The translations under genes were made by a program, and so were the position numbers. This document shows, piece after piece, positions 1-14,171 of a stretch of 64,000 nt of DNA (the stretch's first letter is position 1; each line of letters begins with the position of its first letter). The notes beneath the pieces were generated by a model. The model did not search any database, was not told where the DNA came from, and saw only the letters and a program-made list of their open reading frames with translations. Source of the DNA: Balanoglossus misakiensis (lineage: Eukaryota; Animalia; Hemichordata); contig CM082598.2 in NCBI GenBank assembly GCA_040954595.2, positions 4,603,097-4,667,096 on the forward strand, given 5' to 3'.

Positions 1-833
1 AGTAGAAAAGACCGTCTATGTTGTAATCCAGCGACCTCAATCACAAAGAAACAAAATAAAAATTGTCAAAAGGATGTGCCAAGTGTTAAATCATCGTTAC
101 ACTTTGGGTTTTTTTATAACTGTCATATTATTCAGTCATTTTAATAAAATTATCACGATTTATTTATGTTTGCCACAAAAAATCATTTTGGAACCTTTAT
201 TAATAAATATATTAATGTTTATGTGTTACATGCAACCTTGTCATACAGTTAACATGCAATATCAGCTAGGCTATTTTTCCACTTAATAAACCCATTTTGA
301 AGGTCTCAGAAGGTTTATATACAGAATTTGATGCATTGTAATTGACCTGTAGCTTGGCAGTTTGAACCGCCCACCCCCACCAAATCTCACTGGTTTTCAC
401 TTGTTTAGTTAATTGTGTGGCCTTAAACAGGCCCTGATGAGTAAAAACACAATTAATTGGCATATTAACAGGCCACGGAAGTTTAGCCTGCCTGAAAATC
501 AAACCAGTTTTAACCGATTTGGCAGGAAAGGGGTTAATTAAAACAGATGACAATTCTATATGCCGGTACATGTAGTTATATGACAAGATTTCATCCCAAT
601 TTCACGGATTACAATTTTGCACACCTGCAAAAAGTACATAAAATTGACATCTCTATATAGGAAGCTAGTCGGCTGGTATCAAAGATATATTATAGACACA
701 AGACCTGTTGATTCTAAATGTGTTCACTGAGTAAGTATACAGCAAGTTGTCCAACAGCACTAGTGTCCCACAAAACATGAATAACGTTAATTTCCATTGA
801 AAACAAAATATGACTTGTAGTCTATAAACTTAC

Positions 834-1095
834 CCAAGTGGTCCCCAGTGACACATGAACAACCTCGCCAATATTTGCAGAGAAAAAATATCGGATCGAT
901 ATTGAAAACACTTAAAAACACCTGATCTCTGAATGTCACGATGAATATCGAGCTCTGTGTGCGACTTTCCACTGTGACAGAACACAGCAGAGCAACTACC
1001 GGTAGTGTGCGAGCCACGCCAAGCGATTGCTCATATATGCAGTGGGCTAGCGGTTTCCTGAGGCGTGTGTTTATATATGTGGGTGGAATCCCCGC
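834..1095 (-). promoter_or_regulatory. Candidate alternative first exon with TATA (minus TATATAAA 1070-1077) and kB-like GGGGATTCCA (1084-1093)
   Basis: CpG-rich, donor TGG|gtaagt at 833, possible short coding start MCHWGPL just before the donor. Confidence 0.4.
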
Positions 1096-1783
1096 AGTAA
1101 ACAAAGACCGAACCATTTCAACCATAGGGGTTTACGCTTTAATCAGCTGACAAGCTTTCATGAAATCGCAGTACAAAAAACAATAAAAAGCAATTAGTGT
1201 ATACTAGTGTCTGATTATAATGATTTATGTAAAAAAGCAAAAAACTCCTTTCACTATTATGACAAAATGGAACGGCTGACCCCTGCGGTATACGCCTTCC
1301 ATCCCTTGACTTCAAATGGTACGCTCCACGAGAACCGCTGACCATGTGACAGTACAGCCACTGTGGGTAGAATCTACAACCGGCCCTGTCTGACACAGAC
1401 ACCGGTCGCAGCCTGTATATACCCAAGGTAAAACTACACAGGAAGAAGAGAGATGTATCAACCAGAAATATCTGTGGCCAGGCTGTTTCCTCTCTGTCTG
1501 TATTTCCGACATGATCCTTTAATCTAATTACCACGCTACCTTTACACACATAAGCTAGTTTAGTTCGCACTACTTTTTATAATAATACAATCCTAAATCT
1601 GTCTAAAACCCCAGACATAGCTACAATCCTCTCTTGGAGGTAAGATTTGGTTTTTCTCCACATTTTAATACACTTTTGAAGTCAGTGGCTGTCATAATTA
1701 AACAGTTACTGTGAAATATTTTATTTTCACTGGAATGTAATGTTGAGATGCTGACCTACCTACATATCTACAAAGACTACATA

Positions 1784-2076
1784 CAGTAAAACCTGTCTAA
1801 ACCAAACCCTGTCCAATCAGGAAACCTGTCTATACCGGACGTATTCTCCAGTCGCATTCACGTAGAACCTTGAAATTTCAAAGCAGCCAGGCGACTTGTT
1901 GCTGAAGAGGAGGTTTTGACTAAAATCTGCAAAAATCACAGTACAGTCAAACATGTCTAAACCGGACCCTCGACATAGAAAACCACATGTTAAAAGAACC
2001 TATATAAACCGGACACCTCTGAAAAACGAACAATTTCTTCAGTCCCTTTGGCGTTCACTTTACACAGGTTTTACTG
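1784..2076. mobile_element. TA-flanked CAGT(A/C)AAACCTGT MITE family E (pogo/Tc1-like): fragment at 1784-1852 plus complete copy at 1944-2076
   Basis: TA|CAGTCAAACATGTCTAAA...TTTACACAGGTTTTACTG|TA. Confidence 0.7.
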
Positions 2077-3366
2077 TATTCCAATTATCACAAGCATTTT
2101 CACAAAACCTGCCATACACAGAATTGTCCCTGTGGAATTTTAAACAAAGTAACAATCAGTGGTTGCGGAGAAAGTGGCTCTCCAGCAAAGTTCACAGAAA
2201 CCAGCGGCCAGGAGAGTTGTCCACCCACCCATAACTACTACAGTGTTGTTGTTAAGGGCGGCACCTAGGTAAAATCTACTGGAGTTGAATCCCCAGGCAT
2301 TTGACCGGGGTTCCCCAGGGTGTATCAATGTAGGGGGTGTAGAAATGTTACCGGGGTTCCCAAATCCATTACCAATGTTCAACAACCTTAGCAAAAACAC
2401 CCACTACGGCCAACGCACTCACGTTGGTCGTGCCTGACGCAGTATTTCCTTGAATTACACGCACTATCATTCGAAAGGTCGCTTATAATGAGAAGGAATA
2501 AAATAGCTGTGTAAACAATGTACAATGTACCTCCTACAGAGCACAAGCAAACCCCCTCTATTATTAGTGTAGAATCTCTCTCGAGTTTTCTGCACGTTCA
2601 ACATTCTGGTGGCTTGTACCAGTGTAGATCAGAGCAAGAAAATGGACAGAAATCACAATTAATAAACTGTTCCAAATAGTTAAAATTCAACATCTTCCAC
2701 TGCCACTAGAGGGCACTATTCGATCAGGAGGGGAGGGACTATGGGAAGCTAAACAAAGCATGGAAACAGACAGGATTAGAATTTAAAAAAACAAAAACCC
2801 AACATATGCACACTGAAGACTGATGGAACAAAACCTTATAATTCATATTTATTTAAAGATTCAATTTTTAATTTTCCGGAAGAAGACAAATATATATCAG
2901 TTTACCAAAAATACAGACTTTGTATCAATTTTAACTCCTTGAGACATTCCGGCGGAAGTACGATTGGATAAAACAAGACAAAACCAGACTAAGCAGCCAT
3001 ACAAATTTCAAGTCTTGGTACAAGTTGGATTCCAATTCTCAGAATAAACACTTTTTTGTAATTTTTACAAAAGACTGACAATATTAAAACCTGTTTAGTC
3101 AGTTATTAGACAAGTCAAGCACAATCAACATCTCAAGGGATGGTTGACCAACAATTTTCAAAAAACATCGGATGTTGTTTGGTATGGTTGCGTGGTACCT
3201 AATTATAGTTGCTAGTTACAAAACGTGATTAATTTAGCTGAAAAAACACACCAGGTAACCATGGCAAAATGGAAGAAGTATGTTAATTATTTTCTCAGCA
3301 GGTGATGATTAAAAATAATTTCATGATCTTCATCAGAGGGCTGCAACATCACGATCCTGTGTACTT

Positions 3367-3418
3367 TAATTAGCCCCTGGTAATTAATTAGCCCCTGGTA
3401 ATTAATTAGCCCCTGGTA
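3367..3418. repeat. 18-bp tandem repeat, 3 copies (TAATTAATTAGCCCCTGG)
   Basis: GCCCCTGG at 3373, 3391 and 3409. Confidence 0.9.
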
Positions 3419-3483
3419 TACACATTTAAATCACAAAACAGATCAGAACAAATGGGTGAGCAGTGTTTCATCCAGGATGGCAT

Positions 3484-3650
3484 TAACAGTCACCAATGGA
3501 AAATTAGCAATAGTTACCATGGCAAATCGAGATCTAGCCAATGGCACATGTGAAAAAAAAAGTGCCACCATATGTTGTTTAGAACGCTCAAATACGCCAT
3601 TTCGGCCATATATGGGCGTATGTAAATTGGAGGCGACTGTATACCTTTAA
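3484..3650 (-). mobile_element. MITE family B copy with one end eroded
   Basis: Body matches; ends GGCGACTGTATACCT|TTAA. Confidence 0.75.
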
Positions 3651-4326
3651 CAGGGGGGATATGTCCCCCCTTTCAAGAATATCTGGAGGGAGGGGATTTC
3701 CACTCTGGCAAGGGGGTAATGTAATATATCCTCCAACATGTGAGTGACATCACTGTATGGGGCACTGGTCCCCCTTGACAAATTGCTCTTTTATATATAT
3801 ATATATCGCAAACATTTCCTGTCACGATAATTTCCTGTTTTACAGTAGCACGTGAAAAAATGGCAAAAACAGCCTTAACGGCTGTCAGCAATCTAACCAT
3901 TCACAACGAACGGTCAGAACAATATTAACAGTTCCACATATGGACGGTGGACATATCTCTCACCCCAGATCTCAAAGGTTTATTGACTCAGAATGAATTT
4001 TCAGAATTACAAACATTGGCCTCCTCGATGTAATACGCCAAGACAAGTCAAATGACCCTCCAGCAAATAAACATTTCCCAAAGGTCAATCAATATAATTT
4101 GATATTTGAGTGGTTAAATTAAATGTTATAAGCCAGTACGGGTCAGAGCTGTCACATTTAGAAAAATGATACACTACAAACACTTCATATAAAGTTTTTG
4201 TTTCTTAAGAATTCTCTTTAACTGCTTGGTTGTGAGTAATTTTTGGGGCATCACAATGTAAGCTAAGCTTTTTCCATATATTTCCTTGGACTTGTTCTCT
4301 GTTAGAAATTTAGTGTTCACAACAGA

Positions 4327-4675
4327 TTAAAGCCCCAATAGCTGCCATTTGTACCATACTTATAAAATTTTAGCAAAATACTTCAATCTTCTCCTTATCC
4401 TTTAATCAACAAACCATTTTTCCCCCCATTTGTTGAAATTTTAATGTCCATTTGTACATAACGAAATAGTTGTGTACTCTTGCAATGGTAGCTGAATAAA
4501 TGGGTGTGACACCCGTTTAATACTTAACTTGATCAAATTCAAAAGTACAGTCACAATCAGAGGTTGATTATATATTTGAGTATATCCACCACTTAGCTCA
4601 TTTAAATGGACCATTCTAAGATTAAAAGTAAAATAATGGAAATATTGCAAAAAATGGCAGCTACTGGGGCTTTAA
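4327..4675. mobile_element. TTAA-flanked MITE (~340 bp, AGCCCCAATAGCTGCCATTT TIR; Kolobok-like)
   Basis: TTAA|AGCCCCAATAGCTGCCATTT ... AAATGGCAGCTACTGGGGCT|TTAA (19/20 match). A solo end occurs at ~41625-41649. Confidence 0.75.
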
Positions 4676-6634
4676 TGTCTGAAACAAGATTACTGCACGC
4701 GGAGAGGTGACGCAATCTGATGCATGTTCTAACTTGCAATCACAGACGGTCACTGCACCAGACAAGCCAAGGCAACAGCTCATACATGATCAGGTCAGTA
4801 TTTCTGGTCAATGACAGTTCAGTCGGACACGCACACACACATAAAAACAAAGTCGTACTCGCATATTAAACGCAAAGCCACGCATTTTAACCGGAATTCG
4901 CAAAACTGCTACAATTACCATATTCCATACACACCTCAATGTAGTGTTTATACCTTAAATATATTGCTACAATTTTCCCCAAAATCTGCAACATTGTAAC
5001 AAAAGTATCAGGATATTTGCATATTAATGATCACTGTAACCCTGTCAGCCTTCCGAACTCTGCAGTAATCAACTGCACGTAAACTTTTTGCAAGTTGATG
5101 CCCATACACAGAATAGACCGGTCTCGCGAATAAACAAAATTAAATTCTCACCTTGACTTCATAAAGAGAAACTGACTACTGAATTGAGTTCACAAAGTAT
5201 CAAGGCATGTCTCGCGACGCAGGCACAGACTGTATATAAAATGATACAAGCGAACCGGGGTGAACCAATATTAATAGAATGCAATGGAAGGAATTTCTCC
5301 AGGCCCTTAGGCATTCTTCAATGGTGATTCAGACTCATTTAAATGTGAACGGGGACATCCAGTCCACTATGCCAGCATATTGTTGCGACACCCGGCTAAC
5401 AATGCTTCATATATACGCTGCCAGCAGCACAATGAATTCTTGTTGAACAAAACAGCTGAAGGCCAAATATCCTTTCTCAGTCTCCGATCTTTCATTTTCC
5501 CCCAACACCGCGCATCTGACCTTGCTCATACATAATTTATAACCGCGCAAAGTACGATGGCACTCCCAGAATGTTAACCTGCGGACCCCATAATTTCTCG
5601 CAACCTTGAATTTGCAGCTTAAGACCTTCCATCAATTTCCATTATCTAGCTGGTCCCTCTGAATTAGACTGATCCACCCCTAATCCGACTAATTTTTCCT
5701 CTGACTTTACATGCATGATCTCATTTATCCTAATACAGAAGTGGTTTATTCCATTTTGAAAACTGGGAGCTGGTCAGGATACTAGTACAGCTGCAATCAC
5801 CTATTACTTTTTCTTATACTAATTCTCAGTTCTATACTCGTATGCATAAATTTCTTATATTTGCAATGGTTTAAAAATGTGTTTAAATACTTGTCCGCAA
5901 ACACAATTTGAACTGAACAAGGCACATTAAACTTAAGTTTTAATAAGTCTGAACATGACTATACCGGTACATTACCTGCTTACAACAATTGGCTATGCAC
6001 CATTGGAAATGGACCTTTAAGGCCTAGCGAAGAAACTATTAAGTTCATATGCAGAACAGCTCACAAAAACTGTTAGTATACCCTGTACTTGTAAGTTGTA
6101 TGCTAATGAGATATGATAATATCATTTATATAATTAGCATATTACGTCATTAACATATTTTGTTAACTCAGTTAAAAATCTTCAAATCGGTGCATTTGAA
6201 AAAAAAATTGCTGGCTAGATACCAGTACACTGCACAGTAGGTGAGACTTTACACTTTTTAATTTTCCTGAAATTTATCCGTTTACAATGACCAGAGTGAG
6301 TCCAGGTGACTATGACACATTTTGCCTTACACGTCTTCTTGAAAACACAAAGAAAATTCCGGCACAATGCAGTTTTGTCAACAACGTCACACACACAGAG
6401 AAAAAGAACAATGGGGAGGAATAATCGTACCCCAGCGAGGCCATCAAGGGTACCGGTTGCACTGCTCCACATCCAGGGAACAAAAGCCAGCGCCGGAGAG
6501 AGAACCCTGGAATCGTGTGAAGACACGCAGCCAAGTCAAAACAAACATCTACCAGGACAACAACTGCTGATGTATAGTGTATTGAACCTGCAGCGCCTTC
6601 ATTCACGTGCGCACACATGTCAGTGCCATGAATA

Positions 6635-6819
6635 CAGTAAAACGCGAGGAGAAAATCTCGTAATTTCAACAGAGGTGACTCTTTCGCAACGAGTAACTTT
6701 CGCGTTCCTTTATTTCACTAACTGCATTGTCAAAATTTGCGAATATATATATTTGCGTTTTTCTGTCTCTCGCGAAGTTCGTGAAAATTTATTGTTCATG
6801 AAAATTTCCCGTTTTACAG
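6635..6819 (-). mobile_element. MITE family A, diverged copy
   Basis: TA-flanked, ends ...TTTCCCGTTTTACAG|TA, internal ttcgcgttc...tatttcactaactgcat matches the family in reverse. Confidence 0.7.
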
Positions 6820-9055
6820 TAGTTTGTATAGTACAGACCAGACACTCACAGCTGCTGTGGTAGTGTTGACATGGTCTGTAACACATAACATACCATAACA
6901 GTGTTCTCCCCAGAGCAATAAGAGCAACGGCCCCATTCTCTAATAATTAGAGCAATGGTCCCCATTTTGTAATTTTGTGAAAACAATATAATCTCATTAG
7001 CATAACAATGCACCCAGTTTAACAATTTCAAAAATAGGAGACTAAATTATGTGCTAGGGGGGTCAAATCACAATTGCATTGTGGGTAAAAAGGTTGACAA
7101 CACATTGTATGAGTTTTAAAAGATGACAAGTTACCTGTATTTTATGGCTTCTTTCGGTCTAATATTCCTGTCTTAGGACATAGACTTTGTTCAACTTTAA
7201 ACATTATATGAAACACTGAGACATTCAAACTGCATTTTCAAACAGTAAACTCAGTTAAAACATTTTTTGCAAGATTATTCAGCCAAATATAACCAGTTCT
7301 ATCATCCTATACTAACAGTTGGTTTGCTGTACATGCAACCCCCTCTGGGCAAAAATCAGCTGATATCATTTTACAAGGGCAAGCATTCTTCTCAACACAT
7401 CAGCAAGGTCATTCTATATCTGTTGCCGTGGAGACAGAGGTCAGTTGGCATGGAGACAGAGGTCATAAAGTGGGGAAGGCATTTCTCTCATACCAACCAC
7501 ACATACCACCAACCCCAGGATCATTTACAACTTTTTTCCACAACATAAAACTCTCGCATGTTGATGTAAATCAGACTTGATTTTCTACAGAAAATATGAG
7601 CTACATATAAAAATAATTCACATACATGAAATTCTTTTCCATCTTTTTCTTGATGTTCCAAAACATGTAACTGTGGCATATTTTAAACTACCAAAAGCAT
7701 TATTCCCAATGCTTATTGTTTGTCAACAAAGCCTATATCTCTACACTTGTCATTTATGGTGTTTACATGCATGTCTGCTACGGATCAGGTAACAAACTGT
7801 TAATAAGCCTGTGCCAGCCCTCATCACATCTGGGCTGGAAACATTCAACTACACTAAATTAGTTTGGCCACTACCCACATGTGTGCATGTACAGTACACT
7901 GAACTATCATGCCAAAATTATAACCTGAATAAATCTAACACTTTCTTTTCAATAAAATCAATAATTTATAGTACATACACAAAATTATAACACTGATGAA
8001 TTTATGTCAAGTAGTTGCCTGAGACCCACGGGTATGAGAAGAGTTTTCTGACAACCATTGATGATTACAAATGCTCTCATATAATCACAATTAAGCTCAA
8101 GTGTTCTGTTTTTCTCACTACAACATCCTGGGTGAAATAATAACATTTTTACTTTTATGCTTTTTCTACCTACTTGTCCTTCAACTGATATAACTATGAA
8201 GTACGTGCTAAAATGATTAAGTACCCAGTACTGCTGTTGAATAAGAGATCAGTACCAAATTCAAATGATTTTATCTGAAAATGATTGAGTACCCTTGAGC
8301 AAGCTTTCACAAAATTCACCATTATGTTTAACCTGCACATTTGCATTGAAATACTCATGACCTTGAGTTTACCACTGGCCAAGAAGTTTAAAACTTTACT
8401 AACAAGTTGTTACGCTAGTCTTACAAGACAGTGGTGCATGACAATGTTAACTATCACCTGTGCTTTCTATTTCATTGAACAGTTATAATTATTGCAGTAA
8501 CAGTAAACATGTATTTCATTGACAATGACACGTCCATTGAATACATGTTGACTGTATACATGCACGTAGTCAAAACAAAATACACGCATCTCCAAAGAAC
8601 GGCCTCAATAATTCCTCAAAGTCAACAACGAAGCGGTTTATTCGCGAATATTAACCTGTAGTACCATCTGTATTTTCTATGTCCCTGGTAAAACACGGTT
8701 TTAACATACAATGAGTTTGTTTACTTTGATGAAATACGCTACACCAACAACAATGAGGTGTTAAAGTAATTGACCTCAGCCAGTCAGGTCACCAAATACG
8801 TGGGCGGAGCTCAGTCTTAAGAAATGCTGTCGCATCGCCAGAACATGTTCACAGCGTCAAATTTTAGTGAAATAACACTGATATTACATAAATGCACCTA
8901 TTTAATTTCGATCACAGACGTGTCGTTATTTCTAAGGTCTGTTAGTCGCATAACAAAATGACAACAGACGATGCGATGTTCTTTTAAGGGGCTTCCATAT
9001 TTTTGACATGTACATGTACATACAATATTTCCAAGGAACATTTTCACCAACTTAC

Positions 9056-9270
9056 CGTATTTTCGCTTCAAATTCTTCACTTTTCTTTCACGGACATTGA
9101 CCGCACACTATTTCTTTCTACACTTGCTGGATTTGCAACCGATTTCCCCAGTCATTGTGTCGTTTTCCGCGATAATTCGGGCATTTCTTCACAGCCGCTG
9201 GAAATCACCGTCAGCCTCTTGATTGAACTAACCTTTGACATTTCGGAGAGCCGTGCCGTGACGTCATCAC
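9056..9270 (-). promoter_or_regulatory. Candidate alternative non-coding first exon with a perfect CRE palindrome TGACGTCA (9259-9266)
   Basis: CpG-rich, strong donor ACG|gtaagt at 9055, stops in all frames except short uORFs. Confidence 0.5.
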
Positions 9271-11011
9271 CAGGCTCGTTCGCTCCTCAGAGACCATGAA
9301 AATCATTTAGAAAAAACACTCTCTCTCTTTAGAAACAGCTTACGTTTCTACTCTTAATTGAGCGAGTGTTTTTGATTGTAAATTGTTCACGCATTTGACC
9401 GTGGTAATGGTCGTCATTCGAAACGCTTTCTCCTCGATGATGAGATGCATGGGAAATATTCGTACTCACATTTTCCGCATCAATGAAGAATGCGTCGTGA
9501 CGAACAGCGCCCCTAATGTCTCATTCCCTGCACTAAATTTACCTTTGCTGATTAAAGACAGAAATTGCCATTCATTCTCCTCTGTAGTACAATCTTTCAA
9601 AGAGAATTAACCGTTTTTCAGCATATTTTGCACTGAAACACTATTTTATATATTTAATAAATCTATATAAATATTGTTAATAAAAAAGGCCGGTATGAAT
9701 TAATTAGCATATATAAATGACAAACTGCAATGGAACCACGAATGATGATTAAAATCTGACCCCAGGCACCAAAGAATAAAATATTGCCAACCTTTTGGTG
9801 GTATCCAGAGGTTTTATATAGACTCACGTGTGTGTGAGTATAAAAAACACACATACATGCATCTCCGAATGTATATATACTACTGAAAATAATATTAGAT
9901 ATAACTTCAATAATTTAGCGTGCTCCAAGCCAAAAAAGGTTTATCGTTTCCATAGAAATGTCCTTGTCAACATATATAGGCCATTTCTCTGACCACGTGT
10001 GTTGGCACATTTTCTTTCACATGCTCACCCACGTGAATTATCTGTGATTCGAGGCGTTACCCCTTCTCCATGGTAACTGTGGCTAAATTTAAATAGGTGA
10101 CCATGAAACAAGTACATGTATTCCTTTAATTGATAGTCAGGGAGTACATCATTTAAAAAGGAGATCTTTGCTACATGAAGTGAGAAAGGTATCAACAGTT
10201 TCTCCAAAATTTATCCTCATGAAAAATACAGCAAACTAATTCACTGTGTGCTGTGTGTCATAGTCACCTTGAGTCTATCTAAAACACACTGGGTATCAGC
10301 CAGAACGCAACGCCTTCATTAACATATGCAAATGCGAAATCTGATTCGAAAAACGAGACCGTTACACTGAGCCCCGAAAAGGGTGTCTGAATTGGGTCAT
10401 TTTTTTCCCCAACTTTGGTCATCAACCGCTATTAATGGCGATCGTTCTGAGTATTTTTGTTGGATTTATTTGATAGTACATATATCGAACTATATCTCAA
10501 GGAGTATTTTTGACGATTAATGCAGTAGTTGCAGAGAAATAACGAAAAGTACAGAGTAATGAAAATTCACGTTTTGGAAACATGCCTCGCTAAATTCTTG
10601 AACGGACTGTTGCACCAACTTTTTGTAGAAATCCGATGACATATTTATAAAATATAGACATTGGCCCTTCTTACAGTGAAGTTTGTATACTTTCCGGGGC
10701 ATATTAACGAAGTTATAACGGTTTTAATTTGTTTACTTTTTGCTGTGATGAGATCATTTTCAGTGGGAAATGGCGGGAGTTTACAGCGTAACCCATTGTC
10801 GAGCGTTCAGTGCAGAATGTGTGTATATTGTTTACGTCCCACATGTACATGTAGTGTTGATAAATGCACATGTTGGAAATGAGTTCATTATATATCGGCT
10901 AATAAGACTACCTTTTATTCTTGAAAATTATCGATGATCATCGAGATCTGCCTAAACTACGTTAGCACTGGCGGCTGCGTGTATGAATTGCAGGGCTGTG
11001 TGTCCGCTTAC

Positions 11012-11420
11012 GGCGCAGCGTAACCCTGCGATGCCTCCACACCACAGCCTTTGGAAGAATAAAATACAGATTTCGTCGAATGTGGTGCTTCACAAAAAGA
11101 AAAACATTATTGAGCGACAACACAAACGTTTCTAAAAAATCAGTCCGGTTCTTTCAACTCCACAATCGCGTTAAACAGAGACTGCAAACAGCAACTGGGA
11201 TAATTGCGTATTTACTAGTGTTTACATCAGCGGCCGGGAAACCTCGGGTCACGTAGGTCATGTGACGACTTCCGGGTAAAATCGCCCGTTTTTTAGCGAA
11301 AATTCTTGAACTGACCGTTGCACTTGTATCTTTACCAAATTTTTTTACACGGTCATTTAAAGTGTACAAAAACCCACATTACCCTGAAATCTGTAAACTT
11401 TCCGGTGCATATTATGGATA
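11012..11420 (-). promoter_or_regulatory. Promoter and candidate first exon of a second minus-strand gene: E-box/CLEAR-like GTCACGTAG and GTCATGTGAC with adjacent ETS CCGGAAGT
   Basis: Motifs at 11248-11276 in CpG-rich DNA. Donor GCC|gtaagc at 11011. Confidence 0.45.
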
Positions 11421-12280
11421 CTGGAAGCGAAAAACTGGACCATATTTTCGACCGCTAAAGTAACCTTCGGAAAATCGCCATAATATCAATATTTCAGTAA
11501 ATAATTCTAAAATCCATTTGGATAGCACGAAAGAAGACATGTCAGGAGAGGTTTTCGCTTTTACATGATTTAAAATAATGCACTCTAGCGAAAGTTACGG
11601 CAAGTTGAAAATGCCTCAAAAAACGGTCTGTGAACGGCCATTCAAAATGTAACGGTCCTGATCTGGATAGGCGATAATATGCTAATGAAGGTGTTGCGTT
11701 CTGGCTGGGTATGGAGACCAGGCTATGTATCATATAAAAGCATAAAATAAATTGACAGCACAGACAATTGAGTGTACATGCATATATATAACACTCAGTC
11801 TGTCAATTTGGTCAGAATGAACCCCAGCTATAAGTCCCCACAGTGCTGTTCACCAATTCCCTTCTCTTGATGAGCAAAGAGAAGATCGAATATCGAGCTG
11901 AATAGTCTCGCAGTCGTCATCACTTTTGGCAGTATCTTCCGCTCATTTCAAACAATCACGGATGATACATTATTTCTCCGGGCAATACCCCCTGATCTTT
12001 TATTTGTGCCTCATCGCATCATCAGATATACTGGGAGGAAGGGGGGGGGGGGGGTAGTACACGTGACTATGGAGTAAACAGTTGCCCGACTGGGGAATGA
12101 TACTTATGTCTGAAAAAGGGAAAACCACAGAGAAAAGTGAGATTTGAATAACGATTGTATCAATTCTGTCACTTGGGGGCGCACTATTCACCAACCAATG
12201 CACCCAAACCCATCGTTCCACCAACAAACTTAAGAATTTGGTTTTTAAAAGTACCTTGCGGATTCGATATCTTGTTTTGT

Positions 12281-12329
12281 TCCAAACATAAACACACACG
12301 ACTTACGAGGTTTCAATCTTAACTTTATT
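12281..12329 (-). terminator. Polyadenylation signal of the WS/DGAT gene (AATAAA plus GU-rich downstream element); implies a ~3 kb 3'UTR
   Basis: Plus-strand tttatt at 12324-12329 is minus-strand AATAAA, followed ~25 nt later on the minus strand by GTGTGTGTTTATGTTTGG. Confidence 0.55.
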
Positions 12330-13487
12330 CACTTGCATGAAGCATGTCCACAAGTCACTGCACATAATATAGAGAATATCTCGACTTAAATACTCTTTTT
12401 TATAAATACAATTATTCCGACTGTGGCAATAGTATGTACAATGTTTAAAATATATTACAAATTATTAAGAATTAAAACTATAATAAAATGCCGCCTTGAA
12501 GTTACAGCCACTTGAAGAAAAAAAAGTTAATGAAAATGTTCTTGTACTGCTACTAAGGTAAATATCTTTGCTGATTTTAAGTTGCGATATTCGAATCTGT
12601 TCACTACTATACATCATAATTACTCAAGATATATACCTTTATTTTATGGTTAAGGCATGTAGGAATTTGCACTTGGTTGTAATTTTCCACATATCTTCGT
12701 CTCAGTGTCCGAGACACACTGCCCATAGTTGTAGCTCACGTTCCAGACCAGGTGCAAGCATGTGGACATTCATATTTCTGTCACAATATCTCTCAAACAA
12801 AAAAAACCCACAACAACACAAACTACCACACGTCGACTTACTCTTTATACATTTATACATGGACAATTAAGATGACTTCTTACGTTTCGTCAAATATACA
12901 TTGGAAACCATGGTAATGAAGCACTATGATTTCAGTAAACTTGAACTAATATGCCTGCAATAAAAGTACATTTGTCGTACGATACCAGGCATAACTGTCT
13001 GCAGTTAATGTCTATATCACCAAAGTAGGTGACGTAAAATACAGTACAATGTATAGAATGGAGTTAGGCAGTAGGCTGAATGGCTAATACGTGTATGTGA
13101 TATGCGAATTCTTTTCAACACATTGATTTTTGTTTTGGTTATTTGGTCACATCATATCACAGTACTTGATGATAGAAAGACATATTTTACAAAAAAGATG
13201 GTTTGGTGTGACTGTATTTGAAGCAGCCCAGATGGTACATACACCTCACCTTTTAGTTCATTCCTATTCTATGATTTATGCTACAAAATACACTACACGT
13301 TTTTGAAGACACTCAAACCTCCATGTTGCAATTATATTTGAATGGCCTTGACATAAAGCTTTGTTTTGTGTGTGTTGCATTGTTCAAATTGTATGGCAAC
13401 ATATTATGTTCTTATCAGGTGTGCATCTCCCGAACAAGATTATGAAAAACAATTGTAGGAAATGACAATGATCAAAACACCACACCG

Positions 13488-13665
13488 TATGTATGTATGT
13501 ATGTATGTATGTATGTATGTATGTATGTATGTATGTATGTATGTATGTATGTATGTATGTATGTATGTATGTATGTATGTATGTGTATGTATGTATGTGT
13601 ATGTATGTATGTATGTATGTATGTATGTATGTATGTATGTATGCATCTATGTATGTATGTATCTA
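13488..13665. repeat. (TATG)n microsatellite
   Basis: Direct reading. Confidence 0.97.
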
Positions 13666-14076
13666 TGTACCAGTACCCATCTATGTACATATGTATATGT
13701 GGTTATGTTAATGTAAATGAACATGACTGATGTATGTGTAATTTATGTATGAATGTATGTAAATTTATGCATGTGTATGACATGATGTTTATTGCAGTTA
13801 AAACAAATACCCGTTTGTTTTGTTAAACATTAAGTCATAAGTAAGAAACTCATACATAACCTTTGTATGCATTCAATTTTTCAAATATAGTTTTGGACAC
13901 TTTGCAACTACAATTTGTAAAGAATGGAACATTAAGTTTTTTAAATAAACTACGTCAGGAAAAGATTTTGACTATTAAAGGTAAGTATGCCAGAAAGACA
14001 TTAAGAAGTACAGTATATATCGTTGCTCCTCCCATTATAACAAATCTGAATTCCACTATTAGGTAAAATAACGGCA

Positions 14077-14171
14077 TTAACCCTTTCACCCCCAGGTTGC
14101 CTCTTCAGAGGTCCTAAACTTACCATAGAAAACAATGGGTTTGGACTGAACCATGGTGGTGAAAGGGTTAA
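14077..14171. mobile_element. Tiny piggyBac-like MITE (87 bp core, TTAA|CCCT..AGGG|TTAA), in the putative 3'UTR
   Basis: TIR CCCTTTCACC/GGTGAAAGGG with TTAA TSD. A degenerate copy lies at ~26429-26520. Confidence 0.8.

Noticed and set aside
1139-1570. 143-aa minus ORF with a good-looking acceptor near 1434
   Set aside because: No matching donor or recognisable protein; cannot be supported as coding.
6215-6863. Overlapping ORFs up to 185 aa
   Set aside because: They run through a MITE and show no coherent protein features or splice support.
13440-13730. Multiple ORFs (YIHT/MYVC repeats), also at 19812-20364 and 54224-54578
   Set aside because: They are translations of tetranucleotide microsatellites.
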